NCBI GenBank assembly: GCA_019828565.1
Contig: JAHDYR010000062.1
Coordinates: forward strand, 136,801 to 200,800
Origin: Carpediemonas membranifera BICM
Taxonomy: Eukaryota; Protista; Fornicata
DNA length: 64,000 nt
Reading direction: 5' to 3'
Shown here: positions 45,642 to 59,400 of the stretch, one piece after another
Layout of the letters: each line of letters begins with the position of its first letter
Position numbering within the stretch: the first letter of the stretch is position 1
The notes under the pieces: model-generated
Databases searched by the model: none
Told to the model about the DNA's origin: nothing
Seen by the model: only the letters and a program-made list of their open reading frames with translations
Translations under genes and position numbers: made by a program

Positions 45642-48600
45642 CTATTCCACCTTGAAGCTGTTGTAAACCTTTGCCAGTTCCCGTAGTCCTGCCGTGAGGC
45701 CTTCCCCAAATGTCCTCCGAGCCCCATATTATTAGTTGCTGTAATTCTAGGATGGGTCTTTCCTGGTACCATTCGCCCTGGGGGGCCCTGCCTTACTTCC
45801 AAGTCCTTAGTTTTGTGCTTCGCTGCTGTCCACAGCTTTTGTCCAAGCTTCTCCCCTGTCTACTGCCGGGCATTCACAGATTATGTGCGCTGCCGATCCC
45901 TAGCCTCTGGCCCTCTGCCCACTCCCTGATCATTTCCTGCTTCCTTGCTGGTCCTGGCTTTTTCCCTAATGATCCTGTAGAACAGGCTCACCTCCGACTC
46001 CTCCGAGCATAGGGGGCATAGTCTGCTAATTTCTCTCTTCAGGTCAGCGCCTTGGGCCAGCTCTGTGATGGCTCTCATAGGGCCCTCCCTCTCTCTGCCG
46101 ACGATGGGGATGGGCTGACATTGGCTGCAATGGATACAATTCTCTTCCATTCCGCCCTGCTTTGCCCCTTCCCAGCCTTTCGGTCTACCGTAGGCTTACC
46201 TTTGCAGACACTTGCTTAATTTCCCTTGTCCCCATGATTTCCATTAGTCCTAGTGCCGTACGGCTTTTGCACCGCTTCATCCACCCCCTCCTGATCGTTT
46301 CCATGCCATAATCCAGTAGCGCTGGTTTAGGGGCTCTCTCTGGTGCCCTCCAGTAGATGCTGCACTCTCCCCTAGCTTCCCACATAACCGTGCCCCGCCC
46401 CCATTCTCTGTTTCTGACTGGTATATCCCTGGTCCCTGTAGTTGACTATCCTTTTTGACTGCCAGCCATTCCATGTGTGCCTGGAGGTCCACCCATCCAT
46501 TCATCAGCCTCATGGCTGCGCCCCCTCCCGGTCCTGTTCCTGCCATGATTCCCTGCCAGTCATTCCAGATCCTTCTACCTCCCGGTGCGTTCCCCCACAC
46601 CTCGACTCCGAAGAGGATCCTGGGCCATATATATATTTCCAGTAGTAGCCTGCTCGCTAGTGCTGGCATGTTTGCCCTGGTCCACCCTGCCCATCTCACC
46701 AGTCTCTTGTACCTTTCGCTCTGCTCCTGTTTCCGCCTTATGCAGGCCGACGCTAGGGTCCTTCCCACTTGCGATCCATAATCCCAGGTATCTCGCCTCC
46801 TTCTCTGGCAGTAGTGTTACCCCCTCGATCCTGACTAGGGGCTGTTCTGTCCACGCTAATCATTACATTCTTCTGGGCGTTCACCCTCATTTCATGCTCT
46901 CTGATTATGTCCACCATTATGTTGGCGACCATCTGGCTATGCTCCGGTTTTGCTCCCTGTGACCGCAGTGTCATCCACAAACATGGTAAGTGCTGCCGGT
47001 AGTCGGTCGCTGAGGGTGGCTCGTGGTCCTTGGCGGTTCTCTGATGTCGTACCGTTCTCCCTTGATTTTTCTTTCTGGCCAGGTGGGGCCAGTTAGCCAT
47101 GAACAGCACAAACAGTGTCGGTGCCAGGACGCACCCTTGCTTAACTCCCCTGTTGGTTCTTTCCCATGCCTTTGCCCCCTTGACTGATATCCAGGGTTTC
47201 CTTTATTGTGCCTTGAATTGCCCTGATCAAGTGCTCCTCCACCCCCATACCCTGTAGCTTATCCATGAGAATGTCCCTTGGTACCGTGTCATATGCCTTC
47301 TCGATGTCCAGAAAGATTGACGTGGTCTCACCCCCTCCTGGTGCCGCTGCACGATGTACTGTATCTGCTGGATGACGTCCCTGTCTGACTGGAAACCAGC
47401 CTGTTCTCTTGGTATGAACCTTTTTCGTTGCTGCTTCCAGACGTATCTTGAGCAATCTACCATAGACCCTGTACAGCAGTGGTGTCAAGGATATTGGTCT
47501 ATATGATTCCGGCTTGACCCTTGGCTTCCCTTTTCTTGTGTATGGCCGACACTGTGGCATACTTCCATGCTTTGGGTACGTCGCCCTCCCTGTAGACCCT
47601 GTTGATGAGCCTCGTCACTTCCCTAAGGCCTTTCTCATCCAGCTCTCTCAGCATGTCTCCAGATGTGAGGTCAGGCCCTGGTGCGGTGTCCCTCCTGATC
47701 CTTTTTGATTGCGGCTTTGACCTCGCTTTCCTTGAACTCATTTCCGTCCCTGCCCTCCATGTCTTTCCAGGTGGGTTCCCTGCCTCTGCTGACTCTAGCA
47801 TACTGTTTGCAGAGGATCTCGCTGATGGCCGCCTTGTCCGTGGTTATCACTCCGTCCTTGAGGAGGCTCTCCGGCATTCCCTTGTATTGGTTGTCACACC
47901 ACCACCTTCTGATGGCAGCTTCCACTGAGGGCCCTTGAGGGCCCTATACCCCCTTTTTTGCACTTCTGCTGATGTCGGCCACCCATTTGGCCCTGCGCTC
48001 TCCCCAGTATTTCTCCAGCTCCTCTTTCATCCTTTCCTTCCTGGTCCTGTTGCCTATTTCTGTCCATGGGGTTCGCTGGAGTTCGCTCCACACTCCGTTC
48101 CCGAACACTTTGTCCCTTGCCTTTGCTCCCCTGTTGTTCACTGGGTCGCCCATGCATGCTCTTATAGTCTCTTCCCATTGGTCCGAGCTCTTGATCCTGT
48201 TCGGCTTTGGGACTGTGACTGGCCCCTCCTTCTTTTTCATGGGCCGGGTGTGCACCTCGGGTATGGCCAGAGCCACGTCTCGCTCACTTCTGCCATAGTA
48301 CCGTTGTTCCTTCCATGCTAGTGTGATTCCATTGTGTGCTGAGCCCCCATACCCCGACCTTCTGAGACTCTACCACCTCAATCTCCGCCCCTGGATTCCT
48401 GGTGTTGTCACTGCAAAGTCCGGGGTTGATGTTCCTGATGTGAGCGTCCCAGACTTGGGTATGATGGCTTTGAGCCTGTGCTTCTCCATCATATCCTTCC
48501 ACCGGGTGGATCTTTCCATCTGGCCTGGGTCGATGTTCCAGTCTCCCATAATTATGGCCTCCATGCTCCCTTTCATGTCCATGATCTTCTGTATAGTGTC

Positions 48601-49102
48601 CCTGAATCCATCCTTCTCCTGCTTGCTGTGGCCGGATGGAGGGCCATACGTTGATGACTAGTATGTCCCTGCCGGTTCTCATTATGCTGGCTTGCACTCT
48701 TCCCGATAGGCTGTCCGTTATGCCGATGTCCCACTTTGCAGTTGCGTGTGGGCTCACTATCGATGCCGATGCCTTCCCTTGTTCCCTTCCATCTTGGCGC
48801 AGGTTCGTCATTGCCTGCTATGCCTAGTTGTCGGTTGATGCGGTGCTGACTTTTTGACATCCGCCTTTCGTTTTTCGTTGGCTAAGACCAGGTCCTCTTC
48901 CGTCTCCCTCCCTGCTGAGTGCGTAGTCAAGGTCCATGAAGCAATGAACCCTCGTATTCGCCGTTCTCCATGTCTCTTGTATGAGTACTGCCTCTATGTC
49001 CTTCAACCTTAGCTGAATCGCCGTTGCCATAGACGCCGTGAAGTCCTTTCCTCTTCCTATGTGTCCCTCTGTGTTCAGACTAAGTATCTTGTAGGTTACC
49101 AT
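45642..49102 (-). CDS. LINE ORF2 (copy 2), APE-RT-CCHC, fragmented by indels
   Basis: Same motifs as copy 1, with frame breaks mostly at different positions. Confidence 0.85.
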
Positions 49103-49421
49103 TGCCTTTGTCCTGTTTCCTTATCCTGCGAATTCCCAGAATTTGGGGCCCCAACTTCCCGCTCCTCTCCTGCTATCCTTGTCCTAACAAGGGGCTAGAT
49201 ACCGGTCTCGGTGACCCTTGTCAGGCCAACCTTGTTACCACCTGGTGACCTTCCATTCTTCGGGCGGGGTACTTGGGAGGGGGACGATATGACGTGACCC
49301 CCCCTTTGGCTGCCGCTACAGCCTACCGGCAGTGCATTTCAGCTAATGCCGGGCCCTGGAGTGGGAGCCAGGGCTTGTGAATTATAAAGAAAATGTTGCT
49401 TGTTCCTTGAAGAATACTGCT

Positions 49422-52400
49422 TTACCATGTCCTTACTCCTCCTCCGTGGACTCCCCACTGCCGCTGCAGCTGTCCTCGGCCTGACTCACTTGCTGTCCTT
49501 GTAGACTCTGCATTACCGTGATGAACTGGGTCATCAGGTCCATGGAGTGAGATCTGCTTGGCCTTCTTAGCCTTCTTGTGCTTGTGCCGGGGGGATCGTG
49601 GGCTTCTCCTTGCTGGGCTTAGTCGCGACGCCGGAGAGCACCAACCTTCCGTGGCCTTGCTCTTGCATGAGTCGGGCAGCCTTGAGCGCTGAGATCTCTT
49701 GTTGCGCCTCTGCCAGCTGCTTTCGGAGCCGCAGCTTCTCCGAGTCCATGCCGGTTGCCTGTCTGCTTCCAGACTCCCAGTCCATGTCCTCTTCGTGCCT
49801 GCTTCTCTTTCCGCTGTCCGAGTCCATGATCCTACTCGTGCTGCCCTCCTTGCGCTTGAGCGTCGTGGAGGAAGAGTGATCCTTGCTGTTGTCCATGCCT
49901 CCCTCTGAGCCTCTACCGGCCCAGGTGTTCCCGCTGAACGAGCCTCTCATCTGCGTTCCCGTGTTGTCCTGTCTCTCCCTGTCGTCTCCTCCGTGGTTGC
50001 GATCCGAGGTCCTGTTCATGTTACCAGCTCTGTCGCCGGTTCTGTCGTCAGCTCTGACACCAGCTCTACCGCCGGCTCCGTGTCCTACCCTTCTGTCCTC
50101 TTCCCTGTCTCCATGCTGGTCGTGATGTCCTTGATCCGCGTCCTGGCCGAAGTGCCTGCCCACCATCCTGGTGCTAATCCGCCTCGCCTTTTCCTCCAGG
50201 CCGTTGTCCGAAGAACCTACTTTGGTATGGCTGTTCCGGACTTTCCGTCGATGGTGGGGACATACGTGATGCCTGGGACATTGACTGTGTTGGCTCTGGG
50301 CTCGTCCGGGATAGCTGCCGAGACTAGTCTGGCCCCTTCCTTGCGCATGCGGCTTAGGATGGTCCCAGCCTCGCTGACCCTGACCATGCCCCCAGTCTCT
50401 CGGGATGAAGCTCGCCCCTAGGGTGATCCTACCCCTGTTCCTGGGGGGCCTTGACGTTGACTATGACCTTCTCATAGTCCCTGAGGCTCTCTGCTAGGTC
50501 GTCGCAGCCCCAGACTCCTTGATGAGCCGTAGCCTCCTTCGAGGGCCACCACTCGTATAGCATGGCCATGGTTATGATGTCCTCCTCCCTTGCTGCCCCT
50601 AGGCCCTTCCTGACGCGTACCATGCGGAGCTGGTTTAGCCGTGGCTCTTTCCATGATGGTCCATAGCGGGCTTCTCTCCAGTACACCTTCGTTGTCCATG
50701 ATTGTGAGGGGGGCCGGTAAGATGCCCTTCATGCCCAACAGAACCTCCCCGAACCCGAAGCCGATGCCGAAGCGGTGTCCGTTGTCCGGGACTACGAGGG
50801 ATCCTGTCGCCGACTTCCCTGCTGACGTCCCTTGCGTCCCCGATCGGGTACGTGCCGAAGATCTCAAAGGTGTCCCTCCTTGTCGCGAATTCCGGGCCTC
50901 CCATGATATCCATGCCCGGCTCCGCCTTCCCGACTGCTTCCATGGTCTTGTCGAGTGCCTTACCCATGTAGTGGTAGACGTCTGGGGTGCTCATCCTCTC
51001 CTTGCATGGGGCCCTGATCCTGGCTGTGAAGACTACTGTATCCGCCAACCCACAGTGGTAGCAACCCGCGGTGTGTCTGTGGTACGGACAGACTCCCTTG
51101 GGCTCGCTCCTGTTCTGCCATCCATTTGACCATGTTGTTGCTGCTTCCGGGTAGTTGGCCTTGTCGAGGTTGTCCCTGAGGTTTTGGCCAGCCTCCTCCT
51201 TGCCGTTGTTCTCCAGGATCTCTGGTAGCTTCTTCTCGTCCACCAGCCTAGCTTGGAAGAATTCCCTGGTTCCTTGCTCCAGTCCATTTGTGGGGTTCGT
51301 GAGGAGGAAGCTTTCCATCTCCACCCCTTTGCATACATGATTATCTTCCAACCCTCCGACCTTTCGATCCTTGCCAGCTGAGCCGCCAGGCGGTTGGCCC
51401 CAGTCCCTGAAAGTATGTATGTGCTTCTCATACTCGATCGGCGGCCGCCCCGTCCCGACCTCCACGAAGGTGGCCGGCGGCAGCCTTCGTCACTACCCAT
51501 GCCGTGTACCTCGCTTGGTCCATGCTTGCTGCCGGTATGTCCTGGTAATACAGGCCATGCCCGTGTCCAAGAATGTCCCCAGTGCTGAGGTCAAAGAGTA
51601 CGATCCCGCCCTCAACCGGGATGGCGGGGATCCCTACCTTCTTGACGCCAGGGTCTGCGCACTCGAAGTCGATGGCTCCGATCACCAGTCGTTTCTCCTT
51701 GTCCTTTCTAGGCATCCTCGGCGGCTGGCTGCTGACCTTGTTTGAGTCGACCTCCTCGTCCTGGTCGATCTTGCCTTGGTTGGCCCCGACCATGTCCTTG
51801 TTCACTTCCAGGAGGCTGTCGTCGAGGCTTCTTCTGCCGGGCATGGTGGCCTGCTGGCGTCGTTCCTCCTTGTCCTTGACATGTTGCTCCTCGTCTCCGT
51901 CGATGACCGTGCTAGCGGACGACCTGTCCAGATCGGCATGTTCGTCCCTATTGCTGCGGACCGAGGTGGCCTTGAGCACTTCCAGCCTCACCTTCCGGAA
52001 CGGCGGCTCGTTGCTAAGGGGGTCTCCTCCCCTTCGCCCAGGATATTGGTTCTGCCCTTCAGGTAGATCCCTGACTTGTTCCATGCTGCCTGCCATATGG
52101 CCGGGGCCTCCGGTGCCTGAAGCCTGAGGGATGTCCCTAGCCTCCTCCATGAAGCGGCTGATGGACCATGCTGACGTGTCGCTTAGCTCTAGGATGACCC
52201 TGTACTTGCCGTCCTCTTGCTCGTAGGCCACTCTGGTGACCGGGCCTTGGTTTTGCCGGATCCCATACCTTGTCGTAAGGCACGCCTTCTACGGCCTCGT
52301 CTCCATGAGCCCCTGATACCAGTATGAACGACCCTTCGGCCTTCTTGACGCTGTCCCTGTCTACATCCCATTCGATGGGCCCATCTTCCCTTCGGCTTGA

Positions 52401-53427
52401 GGATCGCCGTCTCGATGTCCTTCTCAGATGGCCATCTTGCCATGCCAGTGAAGCCCGCTTTCAGCGTCTTGGGCTCCAGTGCCTGTGCCATGTCCTTTGC
52501 TTCCTCGTCTCTGGGGTTGAGCGCCTCTGTGAGCATGTAGAAAAGGTCGCGGAGGCCGTGGATGCCGCATGGGTTCCTGAGGATGATGTCCTTGTTGTCA
52601 GTGACGCCGGTTGCGAAGAGGATGCGTCTGGCGTTCATGATTACTTCCTTGCGTCCTTTGGAGTTCGCATTGAGCGACTTTCCTGTAAACTTGCCTGTTC
52701 TGCGAAGAAGTAGAGTCCTTGAATCGTTCCTTTCAGCGAGGAAGCTGTCCAGTAGTTCCCTGATGTCCTCCCACTGCTTCTGCGTGGAATCCCTGATCCT
52801 TGTCGGTATTTCTACCTGCATTGTTGAGTGCAAAAATTTCTCCCCTTTTCCTGGTCCATAAACTGGGTCGGAATTTTTTTGGGTCCGAAAGTCGGGCCAC
52901 ATGTACATATCCGGGTGAGGTCTCCGTCCAGGCCTTCCAGTTTCTCCCATTGTCCATGCTCCGTACTATATAGGCCATTCTTTCAAAAAGGCGCGGTCCT
53001 AAAAAAATGCGTCGCCCTTTTTCTGAGTAGCGGGGCCTTTCTGTGTAGTTGTTGTTGCTTTGTTCGTAGTCTCCTTTTTAGCCTCTATCGACGGCCCCTG
53101 TTTCCCTTTTTGTGCTGCCCTTCCTTCCTTGTGGTCTTGACAAAACCATGTAGCCGCCGGTGCTAGCACTGGCCCTCGACGGTTGTTTTCCTTTTCCTTG
53201 TAAACATACGTTCCATGAAGACACTTTGATTCCTTGGTATGGGCGTGGAGCTCCCACTCGCGCCCAGCGGTATGCCCTGATAGCAACCCTTGAATGTTCA
53301 GACAGGAGGCCAAGGCCGCTCCTTCTGAGCTCCATGGGGCACTGCCCTATCCATATAGGCCAGGCCTGTTGGTCCTTGTCCATCCATGATCGAAGTGTTT
53401 CCACTTTGCTGAAATCATTGGTGAACT
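49422..53427 (-). CDS. LINE ORF1 (copy 2), fragmented by indels
   Basis: Near-identical to copy 1; ORF 52189-52950 bridges fragments that are separate in copy 1. Confidence 0.7.
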
Positions 53428-56400
53428 GACCCCCAAATGGCGAGTCGGACGCGAACGGGCAGCGCGCTCCTGGAATCAGCAGAGCGATACTCACTCCACG
53501 TATTCCGGTAGCGCGCGGTCCGGCGCCCTCCGCCCGCCTCGATGCTCGGCCGACCCAACTCGACCCTCGTCTGGATGCGACAGAGCAGGCGATTCCGGCC
53601 GAGCTCTGGAGATGAATAGTAGATGCATATGGTGCGTTTACTGACAGTGCGCTGCGTGCGTGCAGCGTGAGTGTGGGGTGTTCATTCAGAGTCGAGATGT
53701 GACTCGACTCCCAAAACGATGAGTCGGACGCGAACGGGCAGCGCGCTCCTGGAATCAGCAGAGCGATACTCACTCCACGTATTCCGGTAGCGCGCGGTCC
53801 GGCGCCCTCCGCCCGCCTCGATGCTCGGCCGACCCAACTCGACCCTCGTCTGGATGCGACAGAGCAGGCGATTCCGGCCGAGCTCTGGATCTGAATAGTA
53901 GATGCATATGGTGCGTTTACTGACAGTGCGCTGCGTGCGTGCAGCGTGAGTGTGGGAGTGTTCATTCAGAGTCGAGATGTGACTCGACTCCCAAAAACGA
54001 TGAGTCGGACGCGAACGGGCAGCGCGCTCCTGGAATCAGCAGAGCGATACTCACTCCACGTAGTCCGGTAGCGCGCGGTCCGGCGCCCTCCGCCCGCCTC
54101 GATGCTCGGCCGACCCAACTCGACCCTCGTCTGGATGCGACAGAGCAGGCGATTCCGGCCGAGCTCTGGATCTGAATAGTAGATGCATATGGTGCGTTTT
54201 ACTGACAGTGCGCTGCGTGCGTGCAGCGTGAGTGTGGGGTGTTCATTCAGAGTCGAGATGTGACTCGACCCCCAAATGGCGAGTCGGACGCGAACGGGCA
54301 GCGCGCTCCTGGAATCAGCAGAGCGATACTCACTCCACGTATTCCGGTAGCGCGCGGTCCGGCGCCCTCCGCCCGCCTCGATGCTCGGCCGACCCAACTC
54401 GACCCTCGTCTGGATGCGACAGAGCAGGCGACTCCGGCCGAGCTCTGGATCTGAATAGTAGACACATGCATGGTGCGTTTACTGACAGTGCGCTGCGTGC
54501 GTGCAGCGTGAGTGTGGGGTGTTCATTCAGAGTCGAGATGTGACTTGACCCCCAAATGGCGAGTCGGACGCGAACGGGCAGCGCGCTCCTGGAATCAGCA
54601 GAGCGATACTCACTCCACGTATTCCGGTAGCGCGCGGTCCGGCGCCCTCCGCCCGCCTCGATGCTCGGCCGACCCAACTCGACCCTCGTCTGGATGCGAC
54701 AGAGCAGGCGATTCCGGCCGAGCTCTGGATCTGAATAGTAGATGCATATGGTGCGTTTACTGACAGTGCGCTGCGTGCGTGCAGCGTGAGTGTGGGGTGT
54801 TCATTCAGAGTCGAGATGTGACTCGACTCCCAAAACGATGAGTCGGACGCGAACGGGCAGCGCGCTCCTGGAATCAGCAGAGCGATACTCACTCCACGTA
54901 GTCCGGTAGCGCGCGGTCCGGCGCCCTCCGCCCGCCTCGATGCTCGGCCGACCCAACTCGACCCTCGTCTGGATGCGACAGAGCAGGCGATTCCGGCCGA
55001 GCTCTGGATCTGAATAGTAGATGCATATGGTGCGTTTACTGACAGTGCGCTGCGTGCGTGCAGCGTGAGTGTGGGGTGTTCATTCAGAGTCGAGATGTGA
55101 CTCGACTCCCCAAAATGTAATGAGTCGGACGCGAACGGGCAGCGCGCTCCTGGAATCAGCAGAGCGATACTCACTCCACGTATTCCGGTAGCGCGCGGTC
55201 CGGCGCCCTCCGCCCGCCTCGATGCTCGGCCGACCCAACTCGACCCTCGTCTGGATGCGACAGAGCAGGCGACTCCAGCCGAGCTCTGGAGATGAATAGT
55301 AGATGCATATGGTGCGTTTACTGACAGTGCGCTGCGTGCGTGCAGCGTGAGTGTGGGGTGTTCATTCAGAGTCGAGATGTGACTCGACTCCCAAAACGAT
55401 GAGTCGGACGCGAACGGGCAGCGCGCTCCTGGAATCAGCAGAGCGATACTCACTCCACGTAGTCCGGTAGCGCGCGGTCCGGCGCCCTCCGCCCGCCTCG
55501 ATGCTCGGCCGACCCAACTCGACCCTCGTCTGGATGCGACAGAGCAGGCGATTCCGGCCGAGCTCTGGATCTGAATAGTAGATGCATATGGTGCGTTTAC
55601 TGACAGTGCGCTGCGTGCGTGCAGCGTGAGTGTGGGGTGTTCATTCAGAGTCGAGATGTGACTCGACTCCCCAAATAACGAGAGTCGGACGCGAACGGGC
55701 AGCGCGCTCCTGGAATCAGCAGAGCGATACTCACTCCACGTATTCCGGTAGCGCGCGGTCCGGCGCCCTCCGCCCGCCTCGATGCTCGGCCGACCCAACT
55801 CGACCCTCGTCTGGATGCGACAGGCAGGCGATTCCGGCCGAGCTCTGGAGATGAATAGTAGATGCATATGGTGCGTTTACTGACAGTGCGCTGCGTGCGT
55901 GCAGCGTGAGTGTGGGGTGTTCATTCAGAGTCGAGATGTGACTCGACCCCCAAAATGACGAGTCGGACGCGAACGGGCAGCGCGCTCCTGGAATCAGCAG
56001 AGCGATATTCACTCCACGTAGTCCGGTAGCGCGCGGTCCGGCGCCCTCCGCCCGCCTCGATGCTCGGCCGACCCAACTCGACCCTCGTCTGGATGCGACA
56101 GAGCAGGCGACTCCGGCCGAGCTCTGGAGATCTGAATAGTAGATGCATATGGTGCGTTTACTGACAGTGCGCTGCGTGCGTGCAGCGTGAGTGTGGGGTG
56201 TTCATTCAGAGTCGAGATGTGACTCGACTCCCCAAATGGCGAGTCGGACGCGAACGGGCAGCGCGCTCCTGGAATCAGCAGAGCGATACTCACTCCACGT
56301 ATTCCGGTAGCGCGCGGTCCGGCGCCCTCCGCCCGCCTCGATGCTCGGCCGACCCAACTCGACCCTCGTCTGGATGCGACAGAGCAGGCGATTCCGGCCG

Positions 56401-59400
56401 AGCTCTGGATCTGAATAGTAGATGCATATGGTGCGTTTACTGACAGTGCGCTGCGTGCGTGCAGCGTGAGTGTGGGGTGTTCATTCAGAGTCGAGATGTG
56501 ACTCGACTCCCCAGAATGGTGAGTCGGACGCGAACGGGCAGCGCGCTCCTGGAATCAGCAGAGCGATACTCACTCCACGTAGTCCGGTAGCGCGCGGTCC
56601 GGCGCCCTCCGCCCGCCTCGATGCTCGGCCGACCCAACTCGACCCTCGTCTGGATGCGACAGAGCAGGCGACTCCGGCCGAGCTCTGGAGATGAATAGTA
56701 GATGCATATGGTGCGTTTACTGACAGTGCGCTGCGTGCGTGCAGCGTGAGTGTGGGGTGTTCATTCAGAGTCGAGATGTGACTCGACTCCCCAAAAACGA
56801 TGAGTCGGACGCGAACGGGCAGCGCGCTCCTGGAATCAGCAGAGCGATACTCACTCCACGTAGTCCGGTAGCGCGCGGTCCGGCGCCCTCCGCCCGCCTC
56901 GATGCTCGGCCGACCCAACTCGACCCTCGTCTGGATGCGACAGAGCAGGCGACTCCAGCCGAGCTCTGGATCTGAATAGTAGATGCATATGGTGCGTTTA
57001 CTGACAGTGCGCTGCGTGCGTGCAGCGTGAGTGTGGGGTGTTCATTCAGAGTCGAGATGTGACTCGACTCCCAGAACGATGAGTCGGACGCGAACGGGCA
57101 GCGCGCTCCTGGAATCAGCAGAGCGATACTCACTCCACGTAGTCCGGTAGCGCGCGGTCCGGCGCCCTCCGCCCGCCTCGATGCTCGGCCGACCCAACTC
57201 GACCCTCGTCTGGATGCGACAGAGCAGGCGATTCCGGCCGAGCTCTGGATCTGAATAGTAGATGCATATGGTGCGTTTACTGACAGTGCGCTGCGTGCGT
57301 GCAGCGTGAGTGTGGGGTGTTCATTCAGAGTCGAGATGTGACTCGACTCCCCAAAATGGCGAGTCGGACGCGAACGGGCAGCGCGCTCCTGGAATCAGCA
57401 GAGCGATACTCACTCCACGTATTCCGGTAGCGCGCGGTCCGGCGCCCTCCGCCCGCCTCGATGCTCGGCCGACCCAACTCGACCCTCGTCTGGATGCGAC
57501 AGAGCAGGCGACTCCGGCCGAGCTCTGGATCTGAATAGTAGATGCATACATGGTGCGTTTACTGACAGTGCGCTGCGTGCGTGCAGCGTGAGTGTGGGGT
57601 GTTCATTCAGAGTCGAGATGTGACTCGACTCCCCAAAAACGATGAGTCGGACGCGAACGGGCAGCGCGCTCCTGGAATCAGCAGAGCGATACTCACTCCA
57701 CGTATTCCGGTAGCGCGCGGTCCGGCGCCCTCCGCCCGCCTCGATGCTCGGCCGACCCAACTCGACCCTCGTCTGGATGCGACAGAGCAGGCGACTCCAG
57801 CCGAGCTCTGGAGATGAATAGTAGATGCATATGGTGCGTTTACTGACAGTGCGCTGCGTGCGTGCAGCGTGAGTGTGGGGTGTTCATTCAGAGTCGAGAT
57901 GTGACTCGACTCCCAAAAACGATGAGTCGGACGCGAACGGGCAGCGCGCTCCTGGAATCAGCAGAGCGATACTCACTCCACGTAGTCCGGTAGCGCGCGG
58001 TCCGGCGCCCTCCGCCCGCCTCGATGCTCGGCCGACCCAACTCGACCCTCGTCTGGATGCGACAGAGCAGGCGATTCCGGCCGAGCTCTGGATCTGAATA
58101 GTAGATGCATATGGTGCGTTTACTGACAGTGCGCTGCGTGCGTGCAGCGTGAGTGTGGGGTGTTCATTCAGAGTCGAGATGTGACTCGACCCCCAAATGG
58201 CGAGTCGGACGCGAACGGGCAGCGCGCTCCTGGAATCAGCAGAGCGATACTCACTCCACGTATTCCGGTAGCGCGCGGTCCGGCGCCCTCCGCCCGCCTC
58301 GATGCTCGGCCGACCCAACTCGACCCTCGTCTGGATGCGACAGAGCAGGCGACTCCGGCCGAGCTCTGGATCTGAATAGTAGACATACATGGTGCGTTTA
58401 CTGACAGTGCGCTGCGTGCGTGCAGCGTGAGTGTGGGTGTGTTCATTCAGAGTCGAGATGTGACTCGACCCCCAAATGGCGAGTCGGACGCGAGATCGGG
58501 CAGCGCGCTCCTGGAATCAGCAGAGCGATACTCACTCCACGTATTCCGGTAGCGCGCGGTCCGGCGCCCTCCGCCCGCCTCGATGCTCGGCCGACCCAAC
58601 TCGACCCTCGTCTGGATGCGACAGAGCAGGCGACTCCAGCCGAGCTCTGGAGATGAATAGTAGATGCATATGGTGCGTTTACTGACAGTGCGCTGCGTGC
58701 GTGCAGCGTGAGTGTGGGGTGTTCATTCAGAGTCGAGATGTGACTCGACTCCCAAAACGATGAGTCGGACGCGAACGGGCAGCGCGCTCCTGGAATCAGC
58801 AGAGCGATACTCACTCCACGTAGTCCGGTAGCGCGCGGTCCGGCGCCCTCCGCCCGCCTCGATGCTCGGCCGACCCAACTCGACCCTCGTCTGGATGCGA
58901 CAGAGCAGGCGATTCCGGCCGAGCTCTGGATCTGAATAGTAGATGCATATGGTGCGTTTACTGACAGTGCGCTGCGTGCGTGCAGCGTGAGTGTGGGGTG
59001 TTCATTCAGAGTCGAGATGTGACTCGACCCCCAAAATGGCGAGTCGGACGCGAACGGGCAGCGCGCTCCTGGAATCAGCAGAGCGATACTCACTCCACGT
59101 ATTCCGGTAGCGCGCGGTCCGGCGCCCTCCGCCCGCCTCGATGCTCGGCCGACCCAACTCGACCCTCGTCTGGATGCGACAGAGCAGGCGACTCCGGCCG
59201 AGCTCTGGATCTGAATAGTAGACATACATGGTGCGTTTACTGACAGTGCGCTGCGTGCGTGCAGCGTGAGTGTGGGGTGTTCATTCAGAGTCGAGATGTG
59301 ACTCGACCCCCAAATGGCGAGTCGGACGCGAACGGGCAGCGCGCTCCTGGAATCAGCAGAGCGATACTCACTCCACGTATTCCGGTAGCGCGCGGTCCGG

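Larger units (their letters stand above)
44735..53427 (-). mobile_element. Non-LTR retrotransposon, copy 2, ~8.69 kb
   Basis: Near-identical to copy 1, with the same junctions and TSD (44721-44734 and 53428-53441). Confidence 0.95.
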